A DNA stretch of 64,000 nucleotides. Origin: Alphaproteobacteria bacterium. Lineage in GTDB: Bacteria; Pseudomonadota; Alphaproteobacteria; GCA-2731375. Location of the stretch: positions 103,998 to 167,997 of the forward strand of contig CBDDBZ010000029.1 in the NCBI GenBank assembly GCA_965225945.1, in the 5' to 3' direction. Both the position numbers and the translations under genes were made by a program. Under the pieces are notes generated by a model. That model did not search any database and was not told where the DNA came from. It saw nothing but the letters and a program-made list of their open reading frames with translations. The first letter of the stretch is position 1, and the number at the start of each line of letters is the position of its first letter. Below are positions 17,325 to 27,342 of the stretch, in pieces.

Positions 17325-20144
17325 ATGGCTACCGACTATAAAGCCACCCTGCAGCTGCCCAAGACCGACTTCCCGATGCGCGCCGGGCTGCCGAAGCTGG
17401 AGCCCGAGCTGCTGGCGCGTTGGGCCGAGATGCGCCTGTTCGACCGCCTGCGCGCGGAAAGCGCCGGGCGCGAGAAGTTCATTCTTCACGACGGTCCCCC
17501 CTACGCCAACGGCAACATCCATATCGGCCACGCCCTCAACAAGATCCTGAAGGACGTCATCAATCGCTCGCAGCAGATGATGGGCAAGGACGCCAACTAC
17601 GTCCCCGGCTGGGACTGTCACGGCCTGCCGATCGAGTGGCGGATCGAGGAGCGCTACCGGGCCGAGGGCCGCAACAAGGACGAGGTGTCGATCGCCGAGT
17701 TCCGCAACGAGTGCCGGGAATTCGCCGCCCATTGGATCGAGGTGCAGACGGAGGAATTCAAGCGCCTGGGCGTCGAGGGCGACTGGGACAATCCCTACAC
17801 CACGATGACGCACCGAGCCGAGGCGCGGATCGCCGGTGAGTTGATGAAGTTCCTGATGGACGGCTCGCTCTATCGCGGCGCCAAGCCGGTGATGTGGTCG
17901 GTGGTCGAGAAGACGGCGCTGGCCGAAGCCGAGATCGAGTATCACGACCACGTCTCGACCACGGTGCACGTGCGCTTCCCCGTGGTCCGGGCCGGCGCGC
18001 CCGAGCTGGAGGGCGCCTCGGTGGTGATCTGGACGACGACGCCCTGGACGCTGCCGGGAAACCGCTGCATCTGCTTCGGCCCGACGATCGAGTATGACCT
18101 GATCGAGGTGATGGCGTGCGCCAACGACAGCCTCGCCCGCCTCGGCGAGCGGCTGTTGCTGGCCCGCGATCTGGTCGAAACGGTCGCGGCCGAAGTGGGC
18201 ATCACCGGCCACCGCGTGGTTGGGCCGGTGAGCGGACAAGAGCTTGCGGCGAGCACGGCGGCGCATCCCTGGCACGGGCGAGGCTACGATTTCGAAGTGC
18301 CGCTCTTTCCCGGCGATCACGTCACCACCGAACAGGGCACCGGTTTCGTCCACACCGCCCCCGGCCACGGCGCCGAGGACTTCGAGATCGCCGTCGCCCA
18401 CGCCATCGAAGTGCCGCAAACGGTCGACGCCGACGGCAACTATTTCGACCATGTGCCGCTCTTCGCCGGCCAGAACGTCTTCGAGTGCAACGCGGGCCTG
18501 CTCACTGCCTTGCGCGAGGGCGACATGCTGCTGGCCCACGGCAGGCTCCGGCACAGCTATCCCCATTCCTGGCGCTCCAAGGCGCCGCTGATCTTCCGCA
18601 ACACGCCACAGTGGTTCATCTCGATGACGACGACGGGACTGCGCGAGACGGCGCTGAAGGCGATCGACGCGACGCGGTGGGTGCCGCGCCAGGGGCGCAA
18701 CCGGATCCACGCCATGATCGCCGAGCGGCCGGACTGGGTGCTGTCGCGCCAGCGGGCCTGGGGCGTGCCGATCACCGTCTTCGTCGAGAAGGCGACGGGC
18801 GAGCCGCTGCGCGATCCGGCGGTCAACGCCCGGATCCTGGAGGCGATCGAGGCGGACGGCGCCGACGCCTGGTTCGAGAGCGACCGGAGCCGCTTTCTCG
18901 GGGACGAGTACCAATCCGCGGACTACGAGAAGGTCGACGATATTCTCGACGTCTGGTTCGAATCCGGCGCGACCCACAGCTTCGTCCTGGAAGACCGGCC
19001 GGAGCTCGGCTGGCCCGCCTCGCTCTATCTCGAGGGCACGGACCAGCATCGCGGCTGGTTCCATTCCTCGCTGCTGGAATCCTGCGGCACCCGGGGCAGG
19101 GCGCCCTACGATGCGGTGCTGACGCACGGCTTCACGCTCGACGAGCGGGGCCTCAAGATGTCCAAGTCGCTCGGCAACGTCGTCGCGCCGCAGGAGGTCT
19201 GCGACGCCTGGGGTGCCGACATCCTGCGCCAATGGGTGGTCGGTTCCGACTATTCGATGGATCTCCGGATCGGCCCGGATATCATCAAGTCGCAGGTCGA
19301 TTCCTATCGCCGGCTGCGCAACACGCTGCGCTTTCTTCTGGGCAATCTCGACGGCTTCCAGGAGTCCGAGCGCGTGGAGGTTGCGGCGATGCCGGAGCTC
19401 GAGCGCTGGGTCCTGCATCGGCTCTGGGAACTCGATTCGTTGGTCCGCGAGTGCTGCGAGGCATTCGAATTCCACCGGCTCTTCGTCAACCTTTACAACT
19501 TCTGCACCGTCGATCTTTCGGCCTTCTATCTCGACATCCGCAAGGACGTGCTCTACTGCGACGATGTCGGCTCGGCCAGGCGCCGGGCCGCGCGGACGAC
19601 GATCGATCGCGTGTTCGACTGTCTGGTGACCTGGCTCGCGCCGTTGCTCTGCTTCACCGCCGAGGAGGCCTGGCTGCAGCGTGGCAACGATGCCGACGGC
19701 AGCGTGCACCTGCAATTGTTCCCGGCGATCCCCCACGACTGGCGAGACGAGGCGCTGGCCGCGAAGTGGGAGAAGGTGCGGCGCCTGCGCCGGGTGGTGA
19801 CGGGCGCGCTGGAGATCGAGCGGCGCGAGAAGCGGATCGGCGCCAGCCTCCAGGCCCATCCCGTGGTCCATGCGCGGGCGGATACCCTCGCGGCGATGGC
19901 CGGCGTCGACCTGGCGGAAATCGCCATCACCTCGGAGGCGACGCTGGTCGAGGGCGAGATTCCCGACGGCGCCTTCACGCTCGAGGGCATCGACGACATC
20001 GGCGTCGTCGTCGGCGCGGCCGAGGGCGGGCGCTGCGGGCGCTGTTGGCGGGTGCTGGTGGAGGTGAGCGCGGAGAGCCCCGAGGAGGCCCTCTGCGGGC
20101 GCTGCGCCGACGTGGTCGAGGCGGTAGGGGCCCGGGCCGAATAA
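17325..20144 (+). CDS. ileS: Isoleucyl-tRNA synthetase
   Basis: HDGPPYANGNIHIGH, PGWDCHGLPIE, KMSKS, C-terminal CxxC..CxxC. Confidence 0.98.
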   Translation: MATDYKATLQLPKTDFPMRAGLPKLEPELLARWAEMRLFDRLRAESAGREKFILHDGPPYANGNIHIGHALNKILKDVINRSQQMMGKDANYVPGWDCHGLPIEWRIEERYRAEGRNKDEVSIAEFRNECREFAAHWIEVQTEEFKRLGVEGDWDNPYTTMTHRAEARIAGELMKFLMDGSLYRGAKPVMWSVVEKTALAEAEIEYHDHVSTTVHVRFPVVRAGAPELEGASVVIWTTTPWTLPGNRCICFGPTIEYDLIEVMACANDSLARLGERLLLARDLVETVAAEVGITGHRVVGPVSGQELAASTAAHPWHGRGYDFEVPLFPGDHVTTEQGTGFVHTAPGHGAEDFEIAVAHAIEVPQTVDADGNYFDHVPLFAGQNVFECNAGLLTALREGDMLLAHGRLRHSYPHSWRSKAPLIFRNTPQWFISMTTTGLRETALKAIDATRWVPRQGRNRIHAMIAERPDWVLSRQRAWGVPITVFVEKATGEPLRDPAVNARILEAIEADGADAWFESDRSRFLGDEYQSADYEKVDDILDVWFESGATHSFVLEDRPELGWPASLYLEGTDQHRGWFHSSLLESCGTRGRAPYDAVLTHGFTLDERGLKMSKSLGNVVAPQEVCDAWGADILRQWVVGSDYSMDLRIGPDIIKSQVDSYRRLRNTLRFLLGNLDGFQESERVEVAAMPELERWVLHRLWELDSLVRECCEAFEFHRLFVNLYNFCTVDLSAFYLDIRKDVLYCDDVGSARRRAARTTIDRVFDCLVTWLAPLLCFTAEEAWLQRGNDADGSVHLQLFPAIPHDWRDEALAAKWEKVRRLRRVVTGALEIERREKRIGASLQAHPVVHARADTLAAMAGVDLAEIAITSEATLVEGEIPDGAFTLEGIDDIGVVVGAAEGGRCGRCWRVLVEVSAESPEEALCGRCADVVEAVGARAE

Positions 20145-20148
20145 CGCC

Positions 20149-20652
20149 ATGCGCCGTCTCGCCATCGCCGTGGCCCTCGCCGTCCTGATCGTCGACCAGG
20201 CGAGCAAGGCCTGGCTGATCGATGCTCTGGCGGCGGCCGAGGGGGCGATCCGCGTCACCGGTTTCTTCAATTTGGTGATGGTCTGGAACACCGGCGTCAG
20301 TTTCGGCCTCTTCGCCGGCGCCAACCTCGGCCCCTGGCCCTTCGTCGCCTTGTCTGGCGCCATCGTCGTCGCCCTCGCGGTCTGGCTCCGGCGGGCCGAG
20401 ACCGGCTGGCTCGCCGCCGCGATCGGTGCCGTCGTCGGCGGCGCGATCGGCAACGTCGTCGACCGAGTGCTCCGGGGCGCGGTCGCCGACTTCTTCGATG
20501 TTCACCTCGCCGGTCAGCACTGGCCGGCCTTCAACGTCGCCGACATGGCGATCGTCGGCGGGGTCGGCGTCATGCTGTTGGACGCTTTACGTCGGCGTCG
20601 CGAACCGGATAATGGCGAATCGCCTCGAAAGCGAGGAGACCCACATGAATAG
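20149..20652 (+). CDS. lspA: Lipoprotein signal peptidase II
   Basis: DQASK, NTGVSFG, GAIGNVVDR, FNVAD; follows ileS. Confidence 0.95.
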   Translation: MRRLAIAVALAVLIVDQASKAWLIDALAAAEGAIRVTGFFNLVMVWNTGVSFGLFAGANLGPWPFVALSGAIVVALAVWLRRAETGWLAAAIGAVVGGAIGNVVDRVLRGAVADFFDVHLAGQHWPAFNVADMAIVGGVGVMLLDALRRRREPDNGESPRKRGDPHE

Positions 20653-21235
20653 ATCTAATATCGTTTCCTTCGCACGTGCCGCGTCGGCGGCCCTCCTTCT
20701 GCTGACCATGGCCGGGTGCGGTGCATTTCGCGAGGGGTTGGGATTGAACAAGAAGGCGCCGGACGAGTTCGCGGTGGTGAGCCGCGCCCCCCTGGTGCTG
20801 CCGCCCGACTATCAATTGCGCCCACCGCGCCCCGGCGCGCCCAGGCCGCAGCGGGCGCAACCGTCGAGTACGGCGCGGACGGCGCTGTTCAGCTCCGGTC
20901 GACGTCCGCCGGGCACGGCCCGCGCGGTCACCGGCACGGGGGGGGTCGAGTCGGTCGGCGAGTCGGCGCTGTTGGATCGCGCCGGCAGCAAGGGCATCGA
21001 TCCCAATATTCGCCGGGTGATCGAGGAGGAGACGGCCTCGATCACCGAGAAGGATCGGACGCTGGCGGAGCAGCTGATCTTCTGGCGCGAGCGCGAGAGG
21101 CCGGGCCAAGTGATCGACGCGCGGCGCGAAGCCACGCGGATCCGGGAGAACCAAGCGACCGGCCAGCCGGTCACGGCCGGCTCGACACCGATCATCGAGC
21201 GGCGCGAGAAGGGCTTCCTCGAGGGAATCTTCTGA
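20645..21235 (+). CDS. Lipoprotein (DUF3035-like)
   Basis: Lipobox MAGC, PDEFAVVSRAPLVLPPDYQLRPP. Confidence 0.8.
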   Translation: MNRSNIVSFARAASAALLLLTMAGCGAFREGLGLNKKAPDEFAVVSRAPLVLPPDYQLRPPRPGAPRPQRAQPSSTARTALFSSGRRPPGTARAVTGTGGVESVGESALLDRAGSKGIDPNIRRVIEEETASITEKDRTLAEQLIFWRERERPGQVIDARREATRIRENQATGQPVTAGSTPIIERREKGFLEGIF

Positions 21236-21334
21236 TCCGCCCGTCACGCGGCCGTGAGCACCGGCGGCTTGCGCGTGCCGGCCGGAGCCACATATGAGTA
21301 TCCGGCAGTGGCGGCGCGGGATGGCATGGGGCGC

Positions 21335-22699
21335 ATGAAGCTTGGCGTAAAGTCGACGTGTTTGGTATTCGGACTGCTCGCCTCGGCCGCGCTCGCCGCG
21401 CCGGGGAACGCGGCCGGGGGTCTGTTCAATCCCGAGGTCTATACCCTGGAGAACGGCCTTCGCCTGCTGGTGATCCCCGATCACCGCGCGCCCGTGGTCA
21501 ATCACATGGTCTGGTATCCCGTGGGCTCGGGCGACGAGGTGGCCGGCAAGTCCGGTCTGTCGCATTTCCTCGAGCATCTGATGTTCAAGGGAACCGAGAA
21601 GATTCCGCCCGCCGCCTTCTCCAAGATCATTCAGAAGAACGGCGGCGAAGACAACGCCTTTACCAGCCTCGACTACACGGCCTATTACCAGAACGTGGCC
21701 CGCGACAAGCTGGGCCTGGTGATGTCGATGGAAGCGGACCGCATGGTCAATCTCCGCCTCGACGAGGAGGTCGTTCGCACCGAGCGCGAGGTGGTGCTGG
21801 AGGAACGGCGCATGCGGGTCGAGAACGATCCGGGCGCGATCCTCCGCGAGAACATGCGGGCGCTGCAGTACATGTCGCATCCCTACGGCCTGCCGCTGGT
21901 CGGCTGGGAGGAAGAAATCGCCGGTCTGACGATGGCGGACGCGCTCGCCTTCTATCGCCGGCACTACGCGCCCAACAACGCCATCGTCATCGTCGCCGGC
22001 GACGTCACCGGAGCGGAGGCGCTGGCCCTCTCGGAGCAGCACTACGGCCCCCTGAAGCGCCGCACGATCCCACCCCGCAAGCGCCCGCCGATGCCGCCGC
22101 AGCGTGCCGCCCGCCGCGTCGTGCTGGAGGACCAGCGGGTGCGCCAGCCGAGCTTTCGCCGCATCTATCTGGCGCCGAGCCGGCATGCGGGCGAGACCCG
22201 GCACGCAACGCCGCTCCGCTTCCTCTCGCAGATCCTGGGTAGCGGCAGCACCAGCCGGCTCTCCCGCAAGCTCGTGCGGGAGCAAAAGATCGCCACCGGC
22301 GCCGGCAGTTGGTATCACGCCTTCAGCTACGACGGTTCGAGTTTCGGCGTCTGGGCCTCGCCGGTTCCCGGCGGCGGTCTCGAGGCACTGGAGACGGCGG
22401 TCGACGAGGTCTTGGCGGATCTGCTGGCCGGCGGGATCGAGAGCGGTGAATTGGAGCGGACGCGGAACGAATTGCTCGCCTCGACGATTTACGCCCGCGA
22501 CGATCTGGGCTCCGGACCGCGTTTCCTCGGCGCCGCGCTCACCAGCGGCGCTACCGTCGAGGACGTGGAGAGCTGGCCCGACCGGGTTCAGGAGGTCACC
22601 GCCGAGGACATCGTGGAGGCGGCCCGGGCGGTGCTCGACATCCGCCGCTCGGTCACCGGATACCTGTTGCCCAAGGCCGAGGCGGGAGGCGCCAAATGA
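21335..22699 (+). CDS. M16 family zinc peptidase (catalytic subunit)
   Basis: HFLEHLMFKGT (HxxEH), NAFTS, EERRMR; start uncertain. Confidence 0.93.
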   Translation: MKLGVKSTCLVFGLLASAALAAPGNAAGGLFNPEVYTLENGLRLLVIPDHRAPVVNHMVWYPVGSGDEVAGKSGLSHFLEHLMFKGTEKIPPAAFSKIIQKNGGEDNAFTSLDYTAYYQNVARDKLGLVMSMEADRMVNLRLDEEVVRTEREVVLEERRMRVENDPGAILRENMRALQYMSHPYGLPLVGWEEEIAGLTMADALAFYRRHYAPNNAIVIVAGDVTGAEALALSEQHYGPLKRRTIPPRKRPPMPPQRAARRVVLEDQRVRQPSFRRIYLAPSRHAGETRHATPLRFLSQILGSGSTSRLSRKLVREQKIATGAGSWYHAFSYDGSSFGVWASPVPGGGLEALETAVDEVLADLLAGGIESGELERTRNELLASTIYARDDLGSGPRFLGAALTSGATVEDVESWPDRVQEVTAEDIVEAARAVLDIRRSVTGYLLPKAEAGGAK

Positions 22700-24021
22700 C
22701 GCATCCGATCCCCTTCGCCGCCGCCTTGGTGGTGTTCGCGACCCTCTCGGCGGGCGCCGTCGATGCCGCCACCGAGATCCAGGAGGTCGAAAGCCCCGGC
22801 GGCATCACCGCCTGGCTGGTGCGCGAGCCGTCGATCCCGGTGATCGCCCTCAACTTCGCCTTTCGTGGTGGCGGCGCGCTCGATCCGCAAGGCCGCGAGG
22901 GGCTGGCCAACATGGTCTCGGGCCTGATCGACGAAGGCGCGGGGGAGCTGGATTCGCTGGCCTTCCAGACCCGCATCGAGGAGTTGGCGATCAGCTTGAG
23001 CTTCAGTGCCGATCGCGACGGTTTCTTCGGCAATCTCCGCACTCTGAGCCGCAATCGCGACGCCGCCTTCGAGCTGATGCGCCTGGCGCTGACCCAGCCC
23101 CGCTTCGATGCCGAGCCGATCGAGCGGATCCGCCGACAGATCGTCGTGGGCCTCAATCGCGACCAGGAGGATCCCGGCACCGTCGCGGCGCGCACGCTGT
23201 TCAAGGGCGTCTTCGCGTCCCACCCCTATTGGCACACCGTCAACGGCACCATCGAGGGCGTGAAGGCGATCGGGGCCGAGGATCTGAAGGGTTTCGTCCG
23301 CCGGCGCTTCGCCCTCAACAATCTGCTGGTGGCGGTGGTGGGCGACGTGACACCCGAGGAACTGGGCAAATTGCTCGATCGGACCTTCGGCGAGCTGCAG
23401 GCGAACTCGGAACCGTTCCGAATTCCGGAGGCCGAGCCGGTGTTCGACGGGCGCCTCCGGGTGGTCCGTCGCCCGGTGCCGCAGAGTAGCATATATTTCG
23501 CCCTGCCCGGCGTGAAGCGCAACGATGCGGACTGGTACGCGGCGCTGGTGATGAACCACGTGCTGGGGCGCGGCCAATCCTCGCGGCTGTTCGAGGAGGT
23601 GCGCGAGAAACGGGGCCTCGCCTATTCGACCTACAGTTATTTGGCGCCGTTCGAACGCGCCGCCATTTTGGCCGGCGGCGCCGGCACCCAGAACGCCCGG
23701 GTGGCGGAGGCGCTGGCGACCATTCGCCGGGAATTGGAGCGGCTTCGCGACGAGGGCATCAGCGAGGAGGAGCTGCGGGACGCCGTCACCTACATCAACG
23801 GCTCGTTCCCGCTCAAGCTCACCAGCGGCCCACGAATCTCGCGGATCCTGTTGGGCATGCGGTTGAACGGATTGGCGATCGACTATCTGGAGGCGCGGCC
23901 CGGGATCTTCGAGGCGGTCACGCGGGAGGACGTCCAGCGCGTCGCCCGCCGTCTCGTCAGACCCGAGCGGATGGTGACCGTGGTCGTCGGAGATCCCGAG
24001 GGGGTCGAGGACTCGAACTAG
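22696..24021 (+). CDS. M16 family peptidase, non-catalytic partner
   Basis: No HxxEH; SRLFEEVREKRGLAYS; overlaps the upstream stop (ATGA). Confidence 0.9.
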   Translation: MTHPIPFAAALVVFATLSAGAVDAATEIQEVESPGGITAWLVREPSIPVIALNFAFRGGGALDPQGREGLANMVSGLIDEGAGELDSLAFQTRIEELAISLSFSADRDGFFGNLRTLSRNRDAAFELMRLALTQPRFDAEPIERIRRQIVVGLNRDQEDPGTVAARTLFKGVFASHPYWHTVNGTIEGVKAIGAEDLKGFVRRRFALNNLLVAVVGDVTPEELGKLLDRTFGELQANSEPFRIPEAEPVFDGRLRVVRRPVPQSSIYFALPGVKRNDADWYAALVMNHVLGRGQSSRLFEEVREKRGLAYSTYSYLAPFERAAILAGGAGTQNARVAEALATIRRELERLRDEGISEEELRDAVTYINGSFPLKLTSGPRISRILLGMRLNGLAIDYLEARPGIFEAVTREDVQRVARRLVRPERMVTVVVGDPEGVEDSN

Positions 24022-24172
24022 AGCATTCTCCGAACGGATTGAACCGGCAATGGACATCAAGCCCGTCAAGACCGTGGCGGCCGCTCGCTGAATGGCCAAG
24101 TCGGAATTGACGCTTGACCGGACGCTACCCGCGCGGTTCCCTCGAGCGCGGACGCATCGCCGGAGCATCGAC

Positions 24173-25297
24173 GTGAACGACATCCCCGAGACCCCTTATC
24201 TGCTGACGCCGGGGCCGCTGACCACCTCGGCCGAGACCAAGCGGGCGATGCTGCGCGACTGGGGCTCGCGCGACGGCGCCTTCATCGAGCTCAACGCCCG
24301 CGTCCGCCGCCGGCTGCTGGAGATCGCCGGCGTCGTCGACAGCCACACAGCCGTGCCGGTGCAGGGGAGCGGCACCTTCGCCGTCGAGGCCATGCTCGGC
24401 ACCCTGGTGGCGCCGGGCGAGCCGTGCCTGGTGCTCGCCAACGGTGCCTATGGCGCCCGCATGGTCGAGATCCTGCGTCGCGCCGGGCGCGAAGCGGCCG
24501 AGATGGTCGAGCCGGAGGACCGGCCGATCGACCCGGGCGAGGTCGACGCCCGGCTTCGCGCCGAACCCGAGATCCGCCACGTCGCCGTCGTGCAGTGCGA
24601 GACCACGTCCGGCATCCTCAATCCCATCGAGCGTATCGCCGAGGTGGTGGCCCGGCACGGCCGCACGTTCCTGATCGACGCGATGAGCGCCTTCGGCGCG
24701 CTGCCGCTGGGCGCCGCTCCGGTGCCGTTCGACGCGCTCGCCGCCTCCGCCAACAAATGCCTCGAGGGGGTGCCGGGCTTCGGCTTCGTGATCTGCCGCA
24801 CCGACGTTCTCGCCGGGGCCGAGGGTCGGGCGCACTCGCTGAGCCTCGACCTCCACGCCCAGTGGCGCGGCTTCGAGGCCAACGCGCAGTGGCGCTTCAC
24901 GCCGCCGACCCACGTGCTCGCCGCCTTCGACCAGGCCTTGGTGGAGCATCGGCGCGAGGGTGGCGTGCAGGGGCGCGGTGGGCGCTACGCCGAGAATTGC
25001 CGCATCCTGGTGGACGGCATGCGCGCGCTCGGTTTCGAGACCCTGCTGCCCGACGCGTTGCAGGCGCCGATCATCGTCACCTTCCTGATGCCGGCCGATC
25101 CGGCCTTCGTCTTCCAGCGCTTCTATGATCGCTTGGGGGAGAAGGGATTCTTGATCTATCCCGGCAAGCTCACCGTCGCCGACAGTTTCCGCATCGGTTG
25201 CATCGGGCGCCTCGGGCCCGAGGAGATGCGGGCAGCACTTCGGGCGGTCGAGGAGACCCTGGCCGAAATGGGCGTCGAGGACCCGGCGCCCGCCTGA
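24173..25297 (+). CDS. phnW: 2-aminoethylphosphonate--pyruvate transaminase
   Basis: LLTPGPLTTS, DWGSRD, QGSGTFAVE, DAMSAFG, SANKCLEGVPG, WRFTPPTH, IYPGK. Confidence 0.93.
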   Translation: MNDIPETPYLLTPGPLTTSAETKRAMLRDWGSRDGAFIELNARVRRRLLEIAGVVDSHTAVPVQGSGTFAVEAMLGTLVAPGEPCLVLANGAYGARMVEILRRAGREAAEMVEPEDRPIDPGEVDARLRAEPEIRHVAVVQCETTSGILNPIERIAEVVARHGRTFLIDAMSAFGALPLGAAPVPFDALAASANKCLEGVPGFGFVICRTDVLAGAEGRAHSLSLDLHAQWRGFEANAQWRFTPPTHVLAAFDQALVEHRREGGVQGRGGRYAENCRILVDGMRALGFETLLPDALQAPIIVTFLMPADPAFVFQRFYDRLGEKGFLIYPGKLTVADSFRIGCIGRLGPEEMRAALRAVEETLAEMGVEDPAPA

Positions 25298-25436
25298 CGG
25301 CGCGCGCTCACGAGCTCTCAACCAGGTGTGAAAGTCGTACCGGCGCTTCTCGATACCCGGTATGTTACGGTTTCATTACAGCCATCGTAGACCTCTCCTC
25401 GGCGCGTTCCGGGCGTGAGGCCGGAGGATTCGAGCC

Positions 25437-27140
25437 TTGGGCGGCAGCGTTATTCTGTTGAATATCGTCGGTGGGGTGGCGCTCCTGATCTGGGGCACCC
25501 GGATGGTGCGCACCGGCGTCATTCGCGCCTACGGCGCCGGCGTTCGCCACGCGCTCGCCGCCAGCACGCGCAACCGCCTCTCAGCCTTCCTGGTCGGCAT
25601 GGGCGCCACCGCGGCGATGCAGAGCTCCACCGCGACGGCCTTGATGACGGTCTCCTTCGCCTCGCGCGAGTTGATCGGACTGACGCCGGCGCTGGCGATC
25701 ATGCTCGGCGCGGACGTCGGCACGACGCTGGTGGCGCAAGTGCTCTCCCTCGGCATCGGCTGGCTTTCGCCGGCGCTGCTCCTGGGCGGGCTGATCAGCT
25801 TCCTCTCCGCCAGCGGCGGCCGGCCCCGCCATCTCGGGCGGGCGGCGATCGGTCTGGGTCTGATGCTGCTGGCGCTCGACCTCATCGTCCAGGCCTCGGC
25901 GCCGCTCAGGGCGGCGGAGACCTTCGCGCTGGTCCTCGATACCCTCGCCGAGGAGCCGCTGCTCGCCTTCTTGTTGACGATACTGTTGACTTGGCTCGCC
26001 CATTCCTCGCTGGCGATCGTGCTGCTGGTGATGTCGCTCGGCCTCGGCGGCGTCATCGGCTTGGAGCTGGCCTTGGCCATGGTGCTGGGCGCCAACGTCG
26101 GCAGCGCCATCGCCCCGGTGGCGATCACCAAAGGCGGCCCCGCGCCGGCGCGGCGCGTGCCGCTGGGCAATCTCGCCATGCGGCTCGTCGGCGCCCTCGC
26201 CGTGCTGCCCTTCATCACCCACATCGTTCCCTGGCTGGCGCTGTTGGACGACGACGCGGCGCGCCAGATCGTCGACTTCCACACCGCCTTCAATCTCGCC
26301 CTGGCGCTATTTTTCCTGCCGCTGATCGGACCGCTCGCCCGAGGGCTGGAGCGGCTTCTGCCGGCGACGCCGGCGGCCGACGATCCCGGGCGGCCGCGCT
26401 ATCTCGACGAGAGCGAGCTCGACACCCCGGCGGTGGCGATCGCCTCGGCGGCGCGCGAGACGCTTCGCATGGGCGACGAGGTGGCGCGGATGCTGAGCCG
26501 CACCATCGACGTCTTCCGCGACAACGACGCCAAGCTCGCCCGCGCGATCGAGGCCGACGACGACATCGTCGACCGTCTACACGAGGCGATCAAGCTGTAC
26601 CTGACCCGGGTCAGCCGCGGCGAGATGGACGAGGACGAGGGGCGCCGCTACGTCGACGTGCTGACCTTCACCACCAACCTCGAACACGTCGGCGACATCA
26701 TCGACAAGAACCTGATGGAGCTGGCACAGAAGAAGATCACCAACATGTTGACCTTCTCCGAGGCGGGGATGGAGGAGATCGCCACCTTCCACGCCCTGGT
26801 GGTGGAAAACATGCAGCTCGCCTTCAACGTCTTCATGTCGGGCAACGTCGGGCTGGCGCGCCGCTTGATGGAGACCAAAGTGGTGCTCAGGGATGCGGAG
26901 CGGCGCTCGATGGAGCGCCATCTCGTCCGGGTCGGCGAAGGCCGGCCGGAGAGCCTGGAGACCAGCTCGCTGCATCTCGACGTGATCCGCGACTTCCGGC
27001 GGATCAACAATCACCTGACGTCGGTCGCCTATCCGATCCTGGAGGCGGCGGGGGAGCTCAGTGAAAGTCGGCTGAAATCCGAGGCCGCCGTAGGGCGTGA
27101 AGCGGCGTCGGGCGAGCAGATGACGCCGCCGAAAACCTGA
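25437..27140 (+). CDS. Na/Pi cotransporter family protein with PhoU domain
   Basis: QSSTAT, GADVGTT, HSSLA, GANVGS; C-terminal LEHVGD and ETSSLHLD. Confidence 0.9.
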   Translation: MGGSVILLNIVGGVALLIWGTRMVRTGVIRAYGAGVRHALAASTRNRLSAFLVGMGATAAMQSSTATALMTVSFASRELIGLTPALAIMLGADVGTTLVAQVLSLGIGWLSPALLLGGLISFLSASGGRPRHLGRAAIGLGLMLLALDLIVQASAPLRAAETFALVLDTLAEEPLLAFLLTILLTWLAHSSLAIVLLVMSLGLGGVIGLELALAMVLGANVGSAIAPVAITKGGPAPARRVPLGNLAMRLVGALAVLPFITHIVPWLALLDDDAARQIVDFHTAFNLALALFFLPLIGPLARGLERLLPATPAADDPGRPRYLDESELDTPAVAIASAARETLRMGDEVARMLSRTIDVFRDNDAKLARAIEADDDIVDRLHEAIKLYLTRVSRGEMDEDEGRRYVDVLTFTTNLEHVGDIIDKNLMELAQKKITNMLTFSEAGMEEIATFHALVVENMQLAFNVFMSGNVGLARRLMETKVVLRDAERRSMERHLVRVGEGRPESLETSSLHLDVIRDFRRINNHLTSVAYPILEAAGELSESRLKSEAAVGREAASGEQMTPPKT

Positions 27141-27147
27141 GTGTCCG

Positions 27148-27276
27148 ACTCGAAAGGCGCGACCTCGGCCTTGCAATCCGACGTGAACCGACGTCGCGTC
27201 GTCATCTTGACTTTGCCAACCGCCGTTCTATAGACTATCAGCCCTAAAAAATCTTCGGGAGAAGCGGTGCCATCCA
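27148..27276 (-). pseudogene. IS3-family left-end/orfA fossil
   Basis: ATG at 27205 reads MTTRRRFTSDCKAEVA, like IS3 OrfA starts (RRFTxxFKAxVA). Confidence 0.45.
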
Positions 27277-27298
27277 TGGCAAGGCGCGCCCGAATAGG

Positions 27299-27329
27299 GC
27301 CCTACATTTTATAGTGCAAAATGTAGGGC
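27299..27329. promoter_or_regulatory. Perfect 12-bp inverted repeat just upstream of the SBP RBS (operator or 5' UTR hairpin)
   Basis: GCCCTACATTTT-n7-AAAATGTAGGGC. Confidence 0.5.
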
Positions 27330-27342
27330 AAGGGGGAGGACA

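Noticed and set aside
17307-20453. 1048-aa minus-strand ORF, and similar long ORFs at 34318-37356, 20570-22318 and 22588-24183
   Set aside because: Antisense or alternate-frame shadows of well-supported genes in high-GC DNA; no recognisable motifs.
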